In this document: positions 53,301 to 64,000 of the stretch, piece after piece | Layout: every line of letters starts with the position of its first letter | Position numbering within the stretch: the stretch's first letter is position 1 | NCBI GenBank assembly: GCA_002269645.1 | Contig: NIVC01003975.1 | Location: forward strand, 1 to 64,000 | DNA length: 64,000 nucleotides | Direction: 5' to 3' | Source: Macrostomum lignano | Lineage: Eukaryota | Program-made: the position numbers and the translations under genes | The notes under the pieces: generated by a model | What the model saw: the letters and a program-made list of their open reading frames with translations, nothing else | The model's database searches: none | Told to the model about the DNA's origin: nothing

Positions 53301-56300
53301 TAAGAAGCTATACTGTATCTATTGTATTGTCCTGTATCTTATTAGTCTCTCTCTCCCTTTATCTCAGTCTCTCTCCCTTTATCTCAGTCTCTCTCCCTTT
53401 ATCTCAGTCTCTCTCCCTTTATCTCAGTCTCTCTCCCTTTATCTCAGTCTCTCTCCCTTTATCTCAGTCTCTCTCCCTTTATCTCAGTCTCTCTACCTTT
53501 ATCTCAGTCTCTCTCCCTTTATCTCAGTCTCTCTCCCTTTATCTCAGTCTCTCTCCCTTTATCTCAGTCTCTCTCCCTTTATCTCAGTCTCTCTCCCTTT
53601 ATCTCAGTCTCTCTAACTTTATCTCAGTCTCTCTCCCTTTATCTCAGTCTCTCTCCCTTTATCTCAGTCTCTCTCCCTTTATCTCAGTCTCTCTCCCTTT
53701 ATCTCAGTCTCTCTCCCTTTATCTCAGTCTCTCTCCCTTTATCTCAGTCTCTCTCCCTTTATCTCAGTCTCTCTCCCTTTATCTCAGTCTCTCTCCCTTT
53801 ATCTCAGTCTCTCTCCCTTCATCTCAGTCTCTCTAACTTTATCTCAGTCTCTCTCCCTTTATCTCAGTCTCTCTCCCTTTATCTCAGTCTCTCTCCCTTT
53901 ATCTCAGTCTCTCTCCCTTTATCTCAGTCTCTCTTCCTTTATCTCAGTCTCTCTCCCTTTATCTCAGTCTCTCCAACTTTATCTCAGTCTCTCCAACTTT
54001 ATCTCAGTCTCTCTCCCTTTATCTCAGTCTCTCTCCCTTTATCTCAGTCTCTCTCCCTTTATCTCAGTCTCTCTCCCTTTATCTCAGTCTCTCTCCCTTT
54101 ATCTCAGTCTCTCTTCCTTTATCTCAGTCTCTCTCCCTTTATCTCAGTCTCTCTCCCTTCATCTCAGTCTCTCTCCCTATCTCGTTCTCTCTCTCTTATG
54201 GTACTTTAGCGTTAATCGGAGACCAAGCACTCACCTGCAGCAGTTTCAAGTTCTCTGCATCAGACTGCATCTGGTTGTACTCAGACTCGCGCTTAGTGAC
54301 AAACGCTTGAAACTCGGACAGCGCCAGGGTCATGTCGCCAATCAGCAGCTCTTTCTCGCGCTTGGCCCGCCTCAGCTGGCAGAAGCGCTGCCACACGTGG
54401 GCGTCGAGGCCCGACGGCATGTGCCTCTCGTCGTCCTGCTCGCGAAGCACCTGTTGTTATTTGATCAAAGTATATCGCTTATTGGATGCTGCGAAATCCC
54501 ACTTGACATCGTTCCACAACCAGTGCTGATGATGCAATTCTGCACATTCCGCAGAGTCCTGAGCACATTCAAGTGTGCCAACACTGTACGCAGGCACGCG
54601 CTCATAGAGGATGTACAGTGGCCCGTTGACTTCCTAACCATCAGGCATGTCTTGGGGGTTGGCCCTCGTAAGCCTCAAATTAATTAGTAATCGAACTAGG
54701 GTCAACTAGGTCAGGTGACGCGACAGTCACACAAAAATTGTCTGAATGATTCTGTGAACTTATTCATTCATGAACTCATCAGCTAGTGCAGAAAAACACC
54801 TTGTCAGTTTCTCAGAATATTCGTCTCTTTAAAAAGCATTATTCACCTGTCCCAGAGCCTGTCGGGCGCCCTCCTGTCGGCTGGCCGTTGTCGGCCGGTT
54901 TCCGTACGGATTGAACGGCGCTTCGCCCAGACCGGCTTTGATCTTCAATCTGCAAATTGAGTTGTTTTGATAAGAATTTGGGTATCGACTATTAATGCTA
55001 GCATTATATTATAAGTTCAAAATAAGAGATTAGAGGTGTCGGGACATCAAAAGTATTCCGCTGTTAACAAGTTAAAATGATAAATATGGATTATTGTCGA
55101 GACATCAAAGGGTCTTACCGCCCTTTTTAAGTTTAAAATGAGAGATAAGAAACGGTGTCGGAACATCAAAGTGGCCGCCGTTATCAAGTTAAAAATGAGA
55201 GATAAGAAACGGTGTCGGAACATCAAAGTGGCCGCCGTTATCAAGTTAAAAATGAGAGATAAGAAACGGTGTCGGGACATCAAAGGGGCCGCCGCCTTTT
55301 TTAAGTTAAAAAAAGACATAATCAAGGTAACGCTACTATTTATATTGTAATAATGTGTTGGCAACACTTACTGGGGCAATTTCTTCTTGTACATTTTGTG
55401 CAGCGTGTCGGCCATTGCTGCGGAAATTTCTGGAAATTCTTTCTTGAAAGCGGAGAAGTTCTTCTCCATGTACTCGTTGTCGGACTTGGCGTATTGAATC
55501 TGCTCGTCTTGGGTCTTCACCAGCTTGCGACTGCGGTCGATCAGGGGTCCGAGATCCTCTAGGGCGGCTCGACGCTTCGTCAGTTGGCTAGCGAGCTCCT
55601 GCTCGCGAACGCTGAGCTCCTCCTCGATGAGCAACGCCAGCCTCAGCCGGTAGATCTTCAGCTCCTCGTGCACCACAGCAGACTGGGTTTTGACTTTGAG
55701 GGAGAACAGCTGTCGGAGCTCCTGATCGAATGACGTCATGTTGTCCTCCGTGAGGCCCTAGAAATCGGTGCGCGAGGTGAGCGTTTTGGGTGAGTCTGGC
55801 TTGTTTGGCGCTAATTAAAAACATCTGAGAAGCTAGCATTTAAAATCAAGTTGGCGGTCTGTGAGACACCCAAAGCGGCGCCTAGAGGCACACAAATTTG
55901 GCGCTTGTGAGCCACCCGATTTGGTGCTGTGAGACACCCAAATTAGCGCCGTTGAGACACCCAAATTAGCGCCGTTGAGACACCCGAATTAGCGCCTTTG
56001 AAACACCCTAATTGGCGCCTTTTTGAGACATCCAAATTGGCGCCTTTAAGACACCCAAATCGGCGCCTTTGATACTCCTAAATCGGCGCTTATGAGACAT
56101 ACAGATCGGCGCCTTTAAGACACCCTAATTGGCGCCTTTGAGACTCCCAAATCGGCGCCTTTGATACTCCCAAATCGGCGCTTATGAGACACACAAATCG
56201 GCGCCTTTGAGACACCCTAATTGGCGCCTTTAAGACTCCCAGATCGGCGCCTTTGAGACACCCTAATTGGCGCCTTTTTGAGACACCCAAATCGGCGCCT

Positions 56301-59300
56301 TTGATACTCCCAAATCGGCGCTTATGAGACACACAAATCGGCGCCTTTGAGACACTAAAAATTGGCGCCAGTGAGCCACACAAGTTGGCGCCTTTAAGAC
56401 ACGCAAAACGGCGCCTTTGAGACTCCCAAATCGGCAACTTTGAGATTCCCAAAACGGCGCCTGTGAGACAGCCGATTTCAATGATCACCTAAAGTCGATA
56501 ATCCAAATCTGCAGTCTTGTTTCAAACATCAAGTGGTTTGGCGTATCTACAAGGGAGAAATTTCTCACCTGCAGCTTCTTCAATTCGGCCTCGAGCTGCT
56601 TGCGATATTTCTCCCGCTCCTCTTGCAGTTCCCGAACCCGGCGCTCGTAGTCTTCGGCTGCTTTTCGTTCCTCTTCGTTCCATTCGGTTTCCTGGAATTG
56701 CAGTGGACATTGGGACGTGATCGTGGCTATCCATGTACATTTTCACAGATTCATCAACGGTTCACCGACGTTATCCACGTTCACAAATTCAAAAAATTTG
56801 CAGATCCACCCATTCACAGGTTCACCCATTTACAGGTTCACTATTTCACAGTCTGATCAATTGACATATACACATATTCACTTGTTCACGGTTTCCTAAG
56901 TTTATCCATTCAAAGATTCACACACCCACAGATTTAACAATTTACAGTTTTATCCATTCACAAGTTTGTACCCATTTACAGGTTCACCCATTCACAGGCT
57001 CACCCGTTCACAGGTTCACCCATTCACAGGTTTATCCATTCACAGGTTCACCCATTCACAGGTTCACCCATTCACAGGTTCACCCATTCACAGGTTCACC
57101 CATTCACAGGTTCACCCATTCACAGGTTCACCCATTCACAGGTTCACCCATTCACAGGTTCACCCATTCACAGGTTCACCCATTCACAGGTTCACCCATT
57201 CACAGGTTCATCCCTTTAAGAGGTTCATCCATTCACAGGTTTACCCATTCACAGATTCTCCGATGTATGCACCTGTTCACCAATTCCCTCACCTGCTTAT
57301 TAATCATAAACGCCGGCTTAGGAATGTCCTTCTTGAGCTCGTCCTCCTTGTGCACCTCCAGCACTCCGCCCATCATCTTGTCCAGGCCGCGCTCTCGCCA
57401 GTTGTCCAGCCTCTCCCGTCTGAGTCGATCCTCCTCAGCTTGACGCTCCTCTACGAGCTTCTTCTGCTGCTCCGGCGTCAAGTATTTCTCAACGGTGACC
57501 TCGCTGTCGCTTACAGTGAACAGCAGCTCGGGCTTCTCAACGGCCACAAAGTTCGGATCCGACACGGCGGTTGGCAAGCCCAGATCCGATACGATCTTCT
57601 TTACTCGCAAATTTCTTTCGCGAATTTTGCTCATCTCCTGGTCTTTCTTCTTGTAAACTTCGTTGAATGCCTTGTTGAAGCCGGTCTTGATGTGCCGGAT
57701 CGAGTCCTGGTTCGAGTTGTTGTTTGGCGAGTTTGAGGTTTAGTTCATTGCTTGTGTCGTCTCAGGAAAATTTAGTGGGAGAAAAGTAGTGAAAGATCCG
57801 AGAAATACTTTTTTTAGTTTTGGAAAATACCAGTGTGAGTCTTGAGAACTCTGTGGGATCTCGAAAATCCCTGGTGTGAGTTCTGGGAATCCCTGGGTGA
57901 GTTCCGGGAAATCTCTGGGGCAATTCCGGGAAATCCCTGTACAAGATTTAGGAAATCCCTGTGTGAGTTCTGGGGAATCCCTGTGAGAATTCCGGGAAAC
58001 CCTTGTGTGAGTTCTCGGAAATCTGTGTGGAATCTCAAAAATCTCTGGTGTGAATTCTAGAGAATCCTTGTGTGAATTCTGGGAAGTCTTTCTTGTGCGA
58101 GTCTATGGAAGTCTTTCTTGTGCGAGTCTATGGGAAGTCTTTCTTGTGCGAGTCTATGGGAAGTCTTTCTTGTGCGAGTCTATGGGAAGTCTTTCTTGTG
58201 CGAGTCTATGGGAAGTCTTTCTTGTGCGAGTCTATGGGAAGTCCCGTTTGACAAAATGCGAGATATGCAGGGAAACCCAGAGTGAATTCTGGGAAATCCC
58301 TGTGCAATATTTGAGAAATCCCTGTGTGAGTTCTGGGGAATTCCTGTGCCAAATTCGGGACATCATTGTGTGAGATCTGGGAAATCCCTGCGGGAAATTC
58401 GTGGAATCCTGGAAATATACAATGCAATAGAGGGAAATCCGTACATATACAATGTACGGCAATGACAGAATATTCCTCTATATTTTGGTTTCACTGAGAC
58501 ACCAAATATGAAATCCGGAAAATTCTATTTTATTTTTAGGGAAATCCAACGACGACCCTGCAGGGAGTTCCATAAGTGCGATTTTTAGGAAAGAAATCGT
58601 AAGAATGCAAGCTTCAAATGTCAGACCTGTTATTAATAAATGGCGTATTTACTAATTAGAAACAATTGGCTCACCTGCAGAAGCACAATCTGGTTAATCT
58701 TCTGCTCCCGGGAGTGCAGCTCAAACTGCGAGTAAAACATCGACTTGAGAATGCCGAATCGCTCAGCTAAAAATAAAAAATAATAACGGTGTTACACTGT
58801 CCGTAACTTGCTAGCTGTTTAATTTTGAAAAATATTTAATTGCAACATTGTCAATAATAAAATGGCATACAGTATTTTTTTTGAAAACTTTTTGGCATAT
58901 TTGCATTTACTATGAGCTCGTTGATAAATGGTTTTCAGTTAGTACACGCTTTGATATCACTCAAAACGAGGTGATTCTTTAACGATGATGTTTTAATGAA
59001 CTTTATCGTAAATATATTTGTTATACTTCACATTTTAAAAAGTGCTAATAATTGTTTTACTTTAAAACTTGTCTTATTTACTTACTGAGTGGTCTGTTAA
59101 TTTTAATAGTAAAAATCGACTTTTTAGTAACAACAGGTTAGTATTTAAATGTACTTTTCTCGTGAATTTTGCAATTTTCTAAGAAATCCAGTAAAGCTAT
59201 TCCGAAGCAACGTAAAAATTAAGAGCTGCCGGCTTTAGTAACGTATCTTTTTTCTGACGAGCAAAATTTTCCGGAATATTTTAGAAATGCATTTTAAAGC

Positions 59301-62300
59301 AAAGAAAAAACTTGAAATAGCATTGTTAGTTAATTTTCCAGACTTATTAATTTGTTAATAGATTTACCTGAAGCCTTGTCTGTGATGACTGTTGACGATT
59401 CGAGAAAAGAGTCGAGTTTGAATATTTTTGTTAATAATAGTGGGCTATTTGCATATTTTCATATCATTAAAATTTGATTAAAATTGTTTAAGCTGGCAAG
59501 CTTAAATGCACACTATATAGAATATTGCTACTCCCCCCAATCTTTAATAAGCGATGCAAAGGTTTTCAGTTAGGTAAGGCTGAGAAGTTGAAAATTTCCA
59601 TGACCCAAGAAATTGAACTAAAAAATATGATTCAAATTTAAACTGATAGTGTGATATTTAGATAAATCTTTTATACATGTATTAGTCTATTTTATCATTC
59701 AAGCGAAATTAAAACTGCTTACTAAAAGCGATTGCAGATTAGTGCATGTAAAGGACTTAATAGTGGCGCAAGGGACTTCTGAGGTGAACAGGGATGTCAG
59801 GGACTTCTGGGGGAGAACAGGTGTGTCAGGGACTTTTGGGGGAGAACAGGTGTGCCAGGGACTTCTGGGGGGGAACAGGTGTGCCAAGGACTTTCTGTGG
59901 AGGAACAGGGGGCACAAAAGTATAAAAGTACATGTAAACAATGTAGAATACAAGCATCAAAGCGGATTATTAAAAGCCAAAAAGCACCAGAGTTTGAACC
60001 GCATGTACTTGTAATGCATGCTACTCGTAACACAGATATTAATTAAACTTCAACCATAACAGCTATTGTCACCTGCACTGCCCTGCAGAGTGATAGAATC
60101 CTGCTCCTCCTGCTGCTCCTGGGTCTCCTCATCGGCGCCTTCGGCCTTCAAATAAATTTAGCAATTAAATGCGTGAAAATATTAAACTTTTTATGACGCT
60201 GAAATATACTTAGAGAAGATTAGTCATTTACAAGTGTATCATAGACATAAACGCCAATTATATCTATTGTCATCGTTGCAATAATAATCGTGATTTATAT
60301 AAAGTTTCTTTCAATCCAAGTAGTATAGAACGCACTTTTATCTTAAGGAGAAAACAGCGACAAGAGTTTTGTGCACCCATAACAGCACCAGTGCGTGCGG
60401 AACAGTAATAACTGCCTTTACTTCGAATATAAATTAATATTCCATAAAACATATAAATTAAATGCATTGAGTGCAACACAAAGAAGAAAGTATAAACTAA
60501 AAAAGTGCCTTATAAGTACTCTTCCAGTCAAAAAATTCTAAGAAGTTAACCATCATTGATTCGTTTACCTTCAGGTTGAATCGCGTTTTAATGCATCTTC
60601 CAGCGGCTTTAAATTGTAACGAATTGTTGTTAGCAATTTCATGTAAACTACTACGATTTAGCTTTATGTCTGAGGAATACTACTCGTCACTAGACTCGTA
60701 AGTAAAAATATTAGCAAAAGGCAACCGAGACTATATCATTTTCTCATATTTTTAAGTAATAATTAATATGAAATTCTTTAAAAACCTGCGGAATACTGCT
60801 TGTCACTGACTCGTAAGTAGGAGCATATGAAAAAAGCAACAAAAATGTGTTGATTAGAATTTTTCCAACGCTTTAGTTACCTGCTGATCCTTGCTATGAG
60901 AGTCCAGCAGCTCGCGCCTGTCTTTGGCCTCCTGAATCTCTATCACTCGCCGCTTGGCAACCTGATCGAGTCGATCCTGCTCTTCTTTAGTCTGCGGTCT
61001 CAGCGGGTAGTTCGACACCTCTAGGGGGGCGCCGAACGTTACAATACTGCGACCTTTGACCTCCATTTCTTCCCAGCATTCGCGTTTTATGACCTCGCGA
61101 GGAACTTCTTGGCCAGATTTTCCAGCCCGATGCGCTTGCGAACGCTGGCCACCTGCGTTAGCGGATGAGCCATGCGATAATCATTCATATTTTCCCTAAT
61201 CCACATCGATGGGATTCTCCCGTCTTTTCAAAATCCCTATCAAATGCGATTCTGTAATTCCTAGAAAATCTCTAATGAGATTCTCGCATTCCTATAAAAT
61301 CCCTAATAAGATTCCTACATTCCTAGAAACTCTATAACAAGATTCTCCCATTCCTATAAATCCCTAATGAGATTCTCGCATTCCTATAAAATCCCTAACA
61401 AGATTCTCCCATTCCTAGAAAATCCCTAACAAGATTCTCCCATTCCTAGAAAATCCCTAACAAGATTCTCCCATTCCTAGAAAATCCCTAACAAGATTAT
61501 CCCATTCCTAGAAAATCCCTAACAAGATTATCCCATTCCTAGAAAAGCCCTAACAAGATTATCCCATTCCTAGAAAATCCCTAACAAGATTATCCCTTTC
61601 CTAGAAAATCCCTAACAAGATTATCCCTTTCCTAGAAAATCCCTAACAAGATTATCCCATTCCTAGACAATCCCTAACAAGATTATCCCATTCCTAGAAA
61701 ATCTATAACAAGATTCTCCCATTCCTAGAATCTCCCTAATGAGATTATCCCATTCCTAGAATCTCCCTAATGAGATTCTCCCATTCCTAGAAACTCCCTA
61801 TCCATTGGATCCTCTGTATTCCTAGGAAATCCTCATCAAAAACATTCCCTTAAATAAAATCCTCTGAACTTTGAACTTGAAAACACGGTGAATGCTTTCG
61901 CACCTCACTATCAGTCTCCTGACCGAACTTGGCCTGCTCGTCCAAGTCGAGCTCGAACTCGTGCGGATCGAGCCTCTCCAACTCGTCCGATTCGGCAGCA
62001 TTTTTATCCACCATGGCTTTGATGTGGCTGCGCATCTCCGACAGCCTGTCGCGCAGTTCGGTCTTCTTGTCGGCGTATTTTCTATCCTCCTCTGTCAGGG
62101 CTTCGCGCTCCTGATCGTGCAGCCAGGTCGAGTTCGAGACCCGGCGAGCTGAGGACGTTCCAGACGCCGCGCCGTCGTCATCGCACTCGGAAACTCGTCG
62201 TTCAGGCCGTTCGGTCGGCTGGGTCCACGTCGGCATTCCGGCCGATGCCTCGTTCTCGGCGGTGATGGCACTCATCCGGTCGGAGCTGAAGGCCAGCTCC

Positions 62301-63253
62301 CAGTCGGTAAATTTGGCGGAGAGCTCGTCTGGCAGCCTGCGGGGGTGCGAACGTGGACGAGGTGCGATGTGCGGAGATCGCTATTGGCTACAGGCTCTTT
62401 CTATCTTTCTTTCCCACCTTCCTTCCCCGTCTTGCTTCTCTATCTTCCTTCCCAATCACCATTCTCACCTGACAGAAAATCGGCACAGGCTGCCGTCGTA
62501 TCCGGTAGTTAGTAGAGACTTGCCGTCAAGCGACAATGCTGCGGATAGCACACCACCGTTGGTGTAGCTGTGGGCGCGCACTTTGACGGCGACTTCCTGC
62601 ACGTAAATATTATAATAGTAACCAAATGAAGGTGTGAGGTGGGTGTCGGAGTGAGAGCGGGAGAGAAGTTATCTAGGGCAGAGGGGCAGAGGCGTGGGTG
62701 GATATCAGCTGGTGTACGTGTAAGAGCGGGAAAGAAGTTATCTAGGGCAGAGGGGCAGAGGCGTAGGGTGGATGTCAGCTGGTGTACGTGTAAGAGCGGG
62801 AAAGAAGTTATCTAGGGCAGAGGGGCAGAGGCGTGGGGTGGATGTCAGCTGGTGCACGCGTAAGAGCGGGAAAGAAGTTATCTAGGGCAGAGGGGCAGAG
62901 GCGTGGGTGGATGTCAGCTGGTGTAAGAGCGGGAAAGAAGTTATCTAGGGCAGAGGGGCAGAGGCGTGGGTGGATGTCAGCTGGTGTACGTGCAAGAGCG
63001 GGAAAGAAGTTATCTAGGGCAGAGGGGCAGAGGCGTGGTGGATGTCAGCTGTGTATTTCCAGATCAACGGTCAACAGAAAGCATCACTTGCATTCTTCTC
63101 TAAGTCGACCACCGTCACGTGACCGTCGCAACCGTACACCAGCAGAGCCAGCTTAGATAGATGAATTTTCAGCTGCATCTCGGAGTCCTCGGCAAAAACT
63201 TCGGGAGAAGCGGCAACGTTGGCAGATAAAATCTGGTCTTCGGGCACTTCGTC
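50383..63253 (-). CDS. CFAP43: Cilia- and flagella-associated protein 43 (WDR96), 3' part; exons 63092-63253, 62469-62596, 61904-62336, 60881-61152, 60073-60145, 58675-58766, 57293-57706, 56569-56691, 55372-55757, 54847-54949, 54235-54450, 52936-53250, 51200-51280, 50952-51108, 50383-50552; 5' part lies beyond the window
   Basis: WD40-like exons (AHSYTNGGV...[13 protein letters not shown]), then [79 protein letters not shown] and C-terminal [30 protein letters not shown]; phases consistent except one missing base near 61099. Confidence 0.88.
51320..52810. repeat. 45-bp minisatellite (actgcagtataaaactgtcactggatattggtgtcaggaagggcc), about 33 copies, CFAP43 intron
   Basis: Highly homogeneous tandem array. 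Confidence 0.95.
53340..54180. repeat. 20-bp minisatellite (atctcagtctctctcccttt), about 42 copies, CFAP43 intron
   Basis: Direct inspection. Confidence 0.95.
55030..55310. repeat. About 57-bp tandem repeat (gagataagaaacggtgtcggaacatcaaagtggccgccgttatcaagttaaaaatga)
   Basis: 3-5 tandem near-copies. Confidence 0.85.
55850..56480. repeat. About 21-23-bp minisatellite (gagacacccaaatcggcgcctt)
   Basis: Tandem near-copies. Confidence 0.88.
56750..57260. repeat. 16-bp minisatellite (ttcacccattcacagg)
   Basis: Tandem copies. Confidence 0.9.
57830..58420. repeat. Degenerate minisatellite with an embedded 27-bp exact array (gggaagtctttcttgtgcgagtctat)
   Basis: About 6 near-exact units at 58080-58240 within looser ggaaatccctgtgtgagttct repeats. 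Confidence 0.8.
59770..59915. repeat. About 29-bp minisatellite (gggacttctggggagaacaggtgtgcca)
   Basis: 4-5 tandem near-copies. Confidence 0.8.
61205..61830. repeat. 31-bp minisatellite (cattcctagaaaatccctaacaagattctcc)
   Basis: Tandem near-copies. Confidence 0.9.
62645..63050. repeat. About 65-70-bp tandem repeat (agagcgggaaagaagttatctagggcagaggggcagaggcgtgggtggatgtcagctggtgtacgtgta)
   Basis: Six tandem copies. Confidence 0.9.
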
Positions 63254-63664
63254 CTGCGATTTTATTATATACGAGTATGTTTTGCATTAAATTCAAATTA
63301 AAGTTAAAATCAAAGTACATTTGATCCAACATTCGCGTGCGATTTGAGAAGATACTTCAAGCAAATCAAAATGCAAAAAAACGATAAATCAAAATCTGTT
63401 GCTTCTAAAATTTGCGTGATATTGCGTATGCATTTGTTTAAATAAATAAAAAGCAACACGTGAAAAAGAGATTGTAAAAAAATAATAAGCAAAATTTCAA
63501 CAGCCCGCAGGTCCATTGCAGTAAATAAATTTATGGAAAACGTTGATTTGTTATAAATTGGTTGCTTAAATACAATTGTTCCATCCCACAAATTTGAAGT
63601 TTTGCAATCAAGGCTCATCAAAGCTTAACTTTGCTTTAATTAGCTTGTAAATAAATTGGATCGC

Positions 63665-63961
63665 CTAAAAACAGAATTTTGTAAGGGCTGCTGGGGACAC
63701 CTCATCTGGGCGCTGGTTCACTGCCTCCTCAATAGCTCTCTGCTGAGCCAAGTGCCTGCTGACACTGGCCATGCTGAGCCTCCACAGGGCCGTGCCCTGA
63801 CGCCCCTGCAGCTGCTGTCGTTGCGGCAGAGAGGCAGTCAAGTCAACGGAGGACTTCGGGCCTCTGCTAGTGAAAGCGACCTCAGATTCGGGTGTCACAG
63901 ATCTCTGAGACTCAAAGTGCTGCTGAGGTTGCTGTCCCTTCTGTGTGGATCGAGTTTTCAT
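63665..63961 (-). other. Unassigned exon-like ORF (98 aa)
   Basis: GC-richer open frame in AT-rich flanks; possible phase-0 donor after 63701; no family recognised. Confidence 0.3.
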
Positions 63962-64000
63962 TTTTGTATTAAATTTTACCTTTTTATAACCTTTTAAACA

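Overview
Eukaryotic (metazoan) genomic DNA with spliceosomal introns. GC-rich exons with poly-Ala/Gln runs, a tandem-repeat array in almost every intron and a tRNA/CORE SINE suggest a free-living flatworm such as Macrostomum (inference, not verified). Genes: (1) two convergent intronless paralogs encoding temptin-domain + copper type II (DBH/MOXD/PHM-family) monooxygenases, one secreted with all Cu ligands and one membrane-anchored with a CuM His->Tyr change, patchily homogenised by gene conversion; (2) an intronless LicD/fukutin-family type II membrane protein; (3) a 7-exon SLC20/PiT phosphate transporter; (4) a 6-exon DLK/LZK (MAP3K12/13)-family kinase with HGD instead of HRD and a poly-Q activation loop; (5) PSMD5 (4 exons) and PDCD6/ALG-2 (2 exons), divergent around a CpG-retaining island flanked by CpG-depleted blocks; (6) the 3' 15 exons of CFAP43. 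Also LINE and Tc1 relics, MITEs with target-site duplications, two inverted SINE copies and many mini/microsatellites. SLC20 and CFAP43 (and possibly the kinase 5' end) each show an apparent 1-bp deletion, most likely assembly error. No CRISPR, rRNA or intact tRNA genes seen. Exon coordinates were derived by hand from GT/AG sites, phase checks and recalled family motifs; repeat boundaries are approximate.
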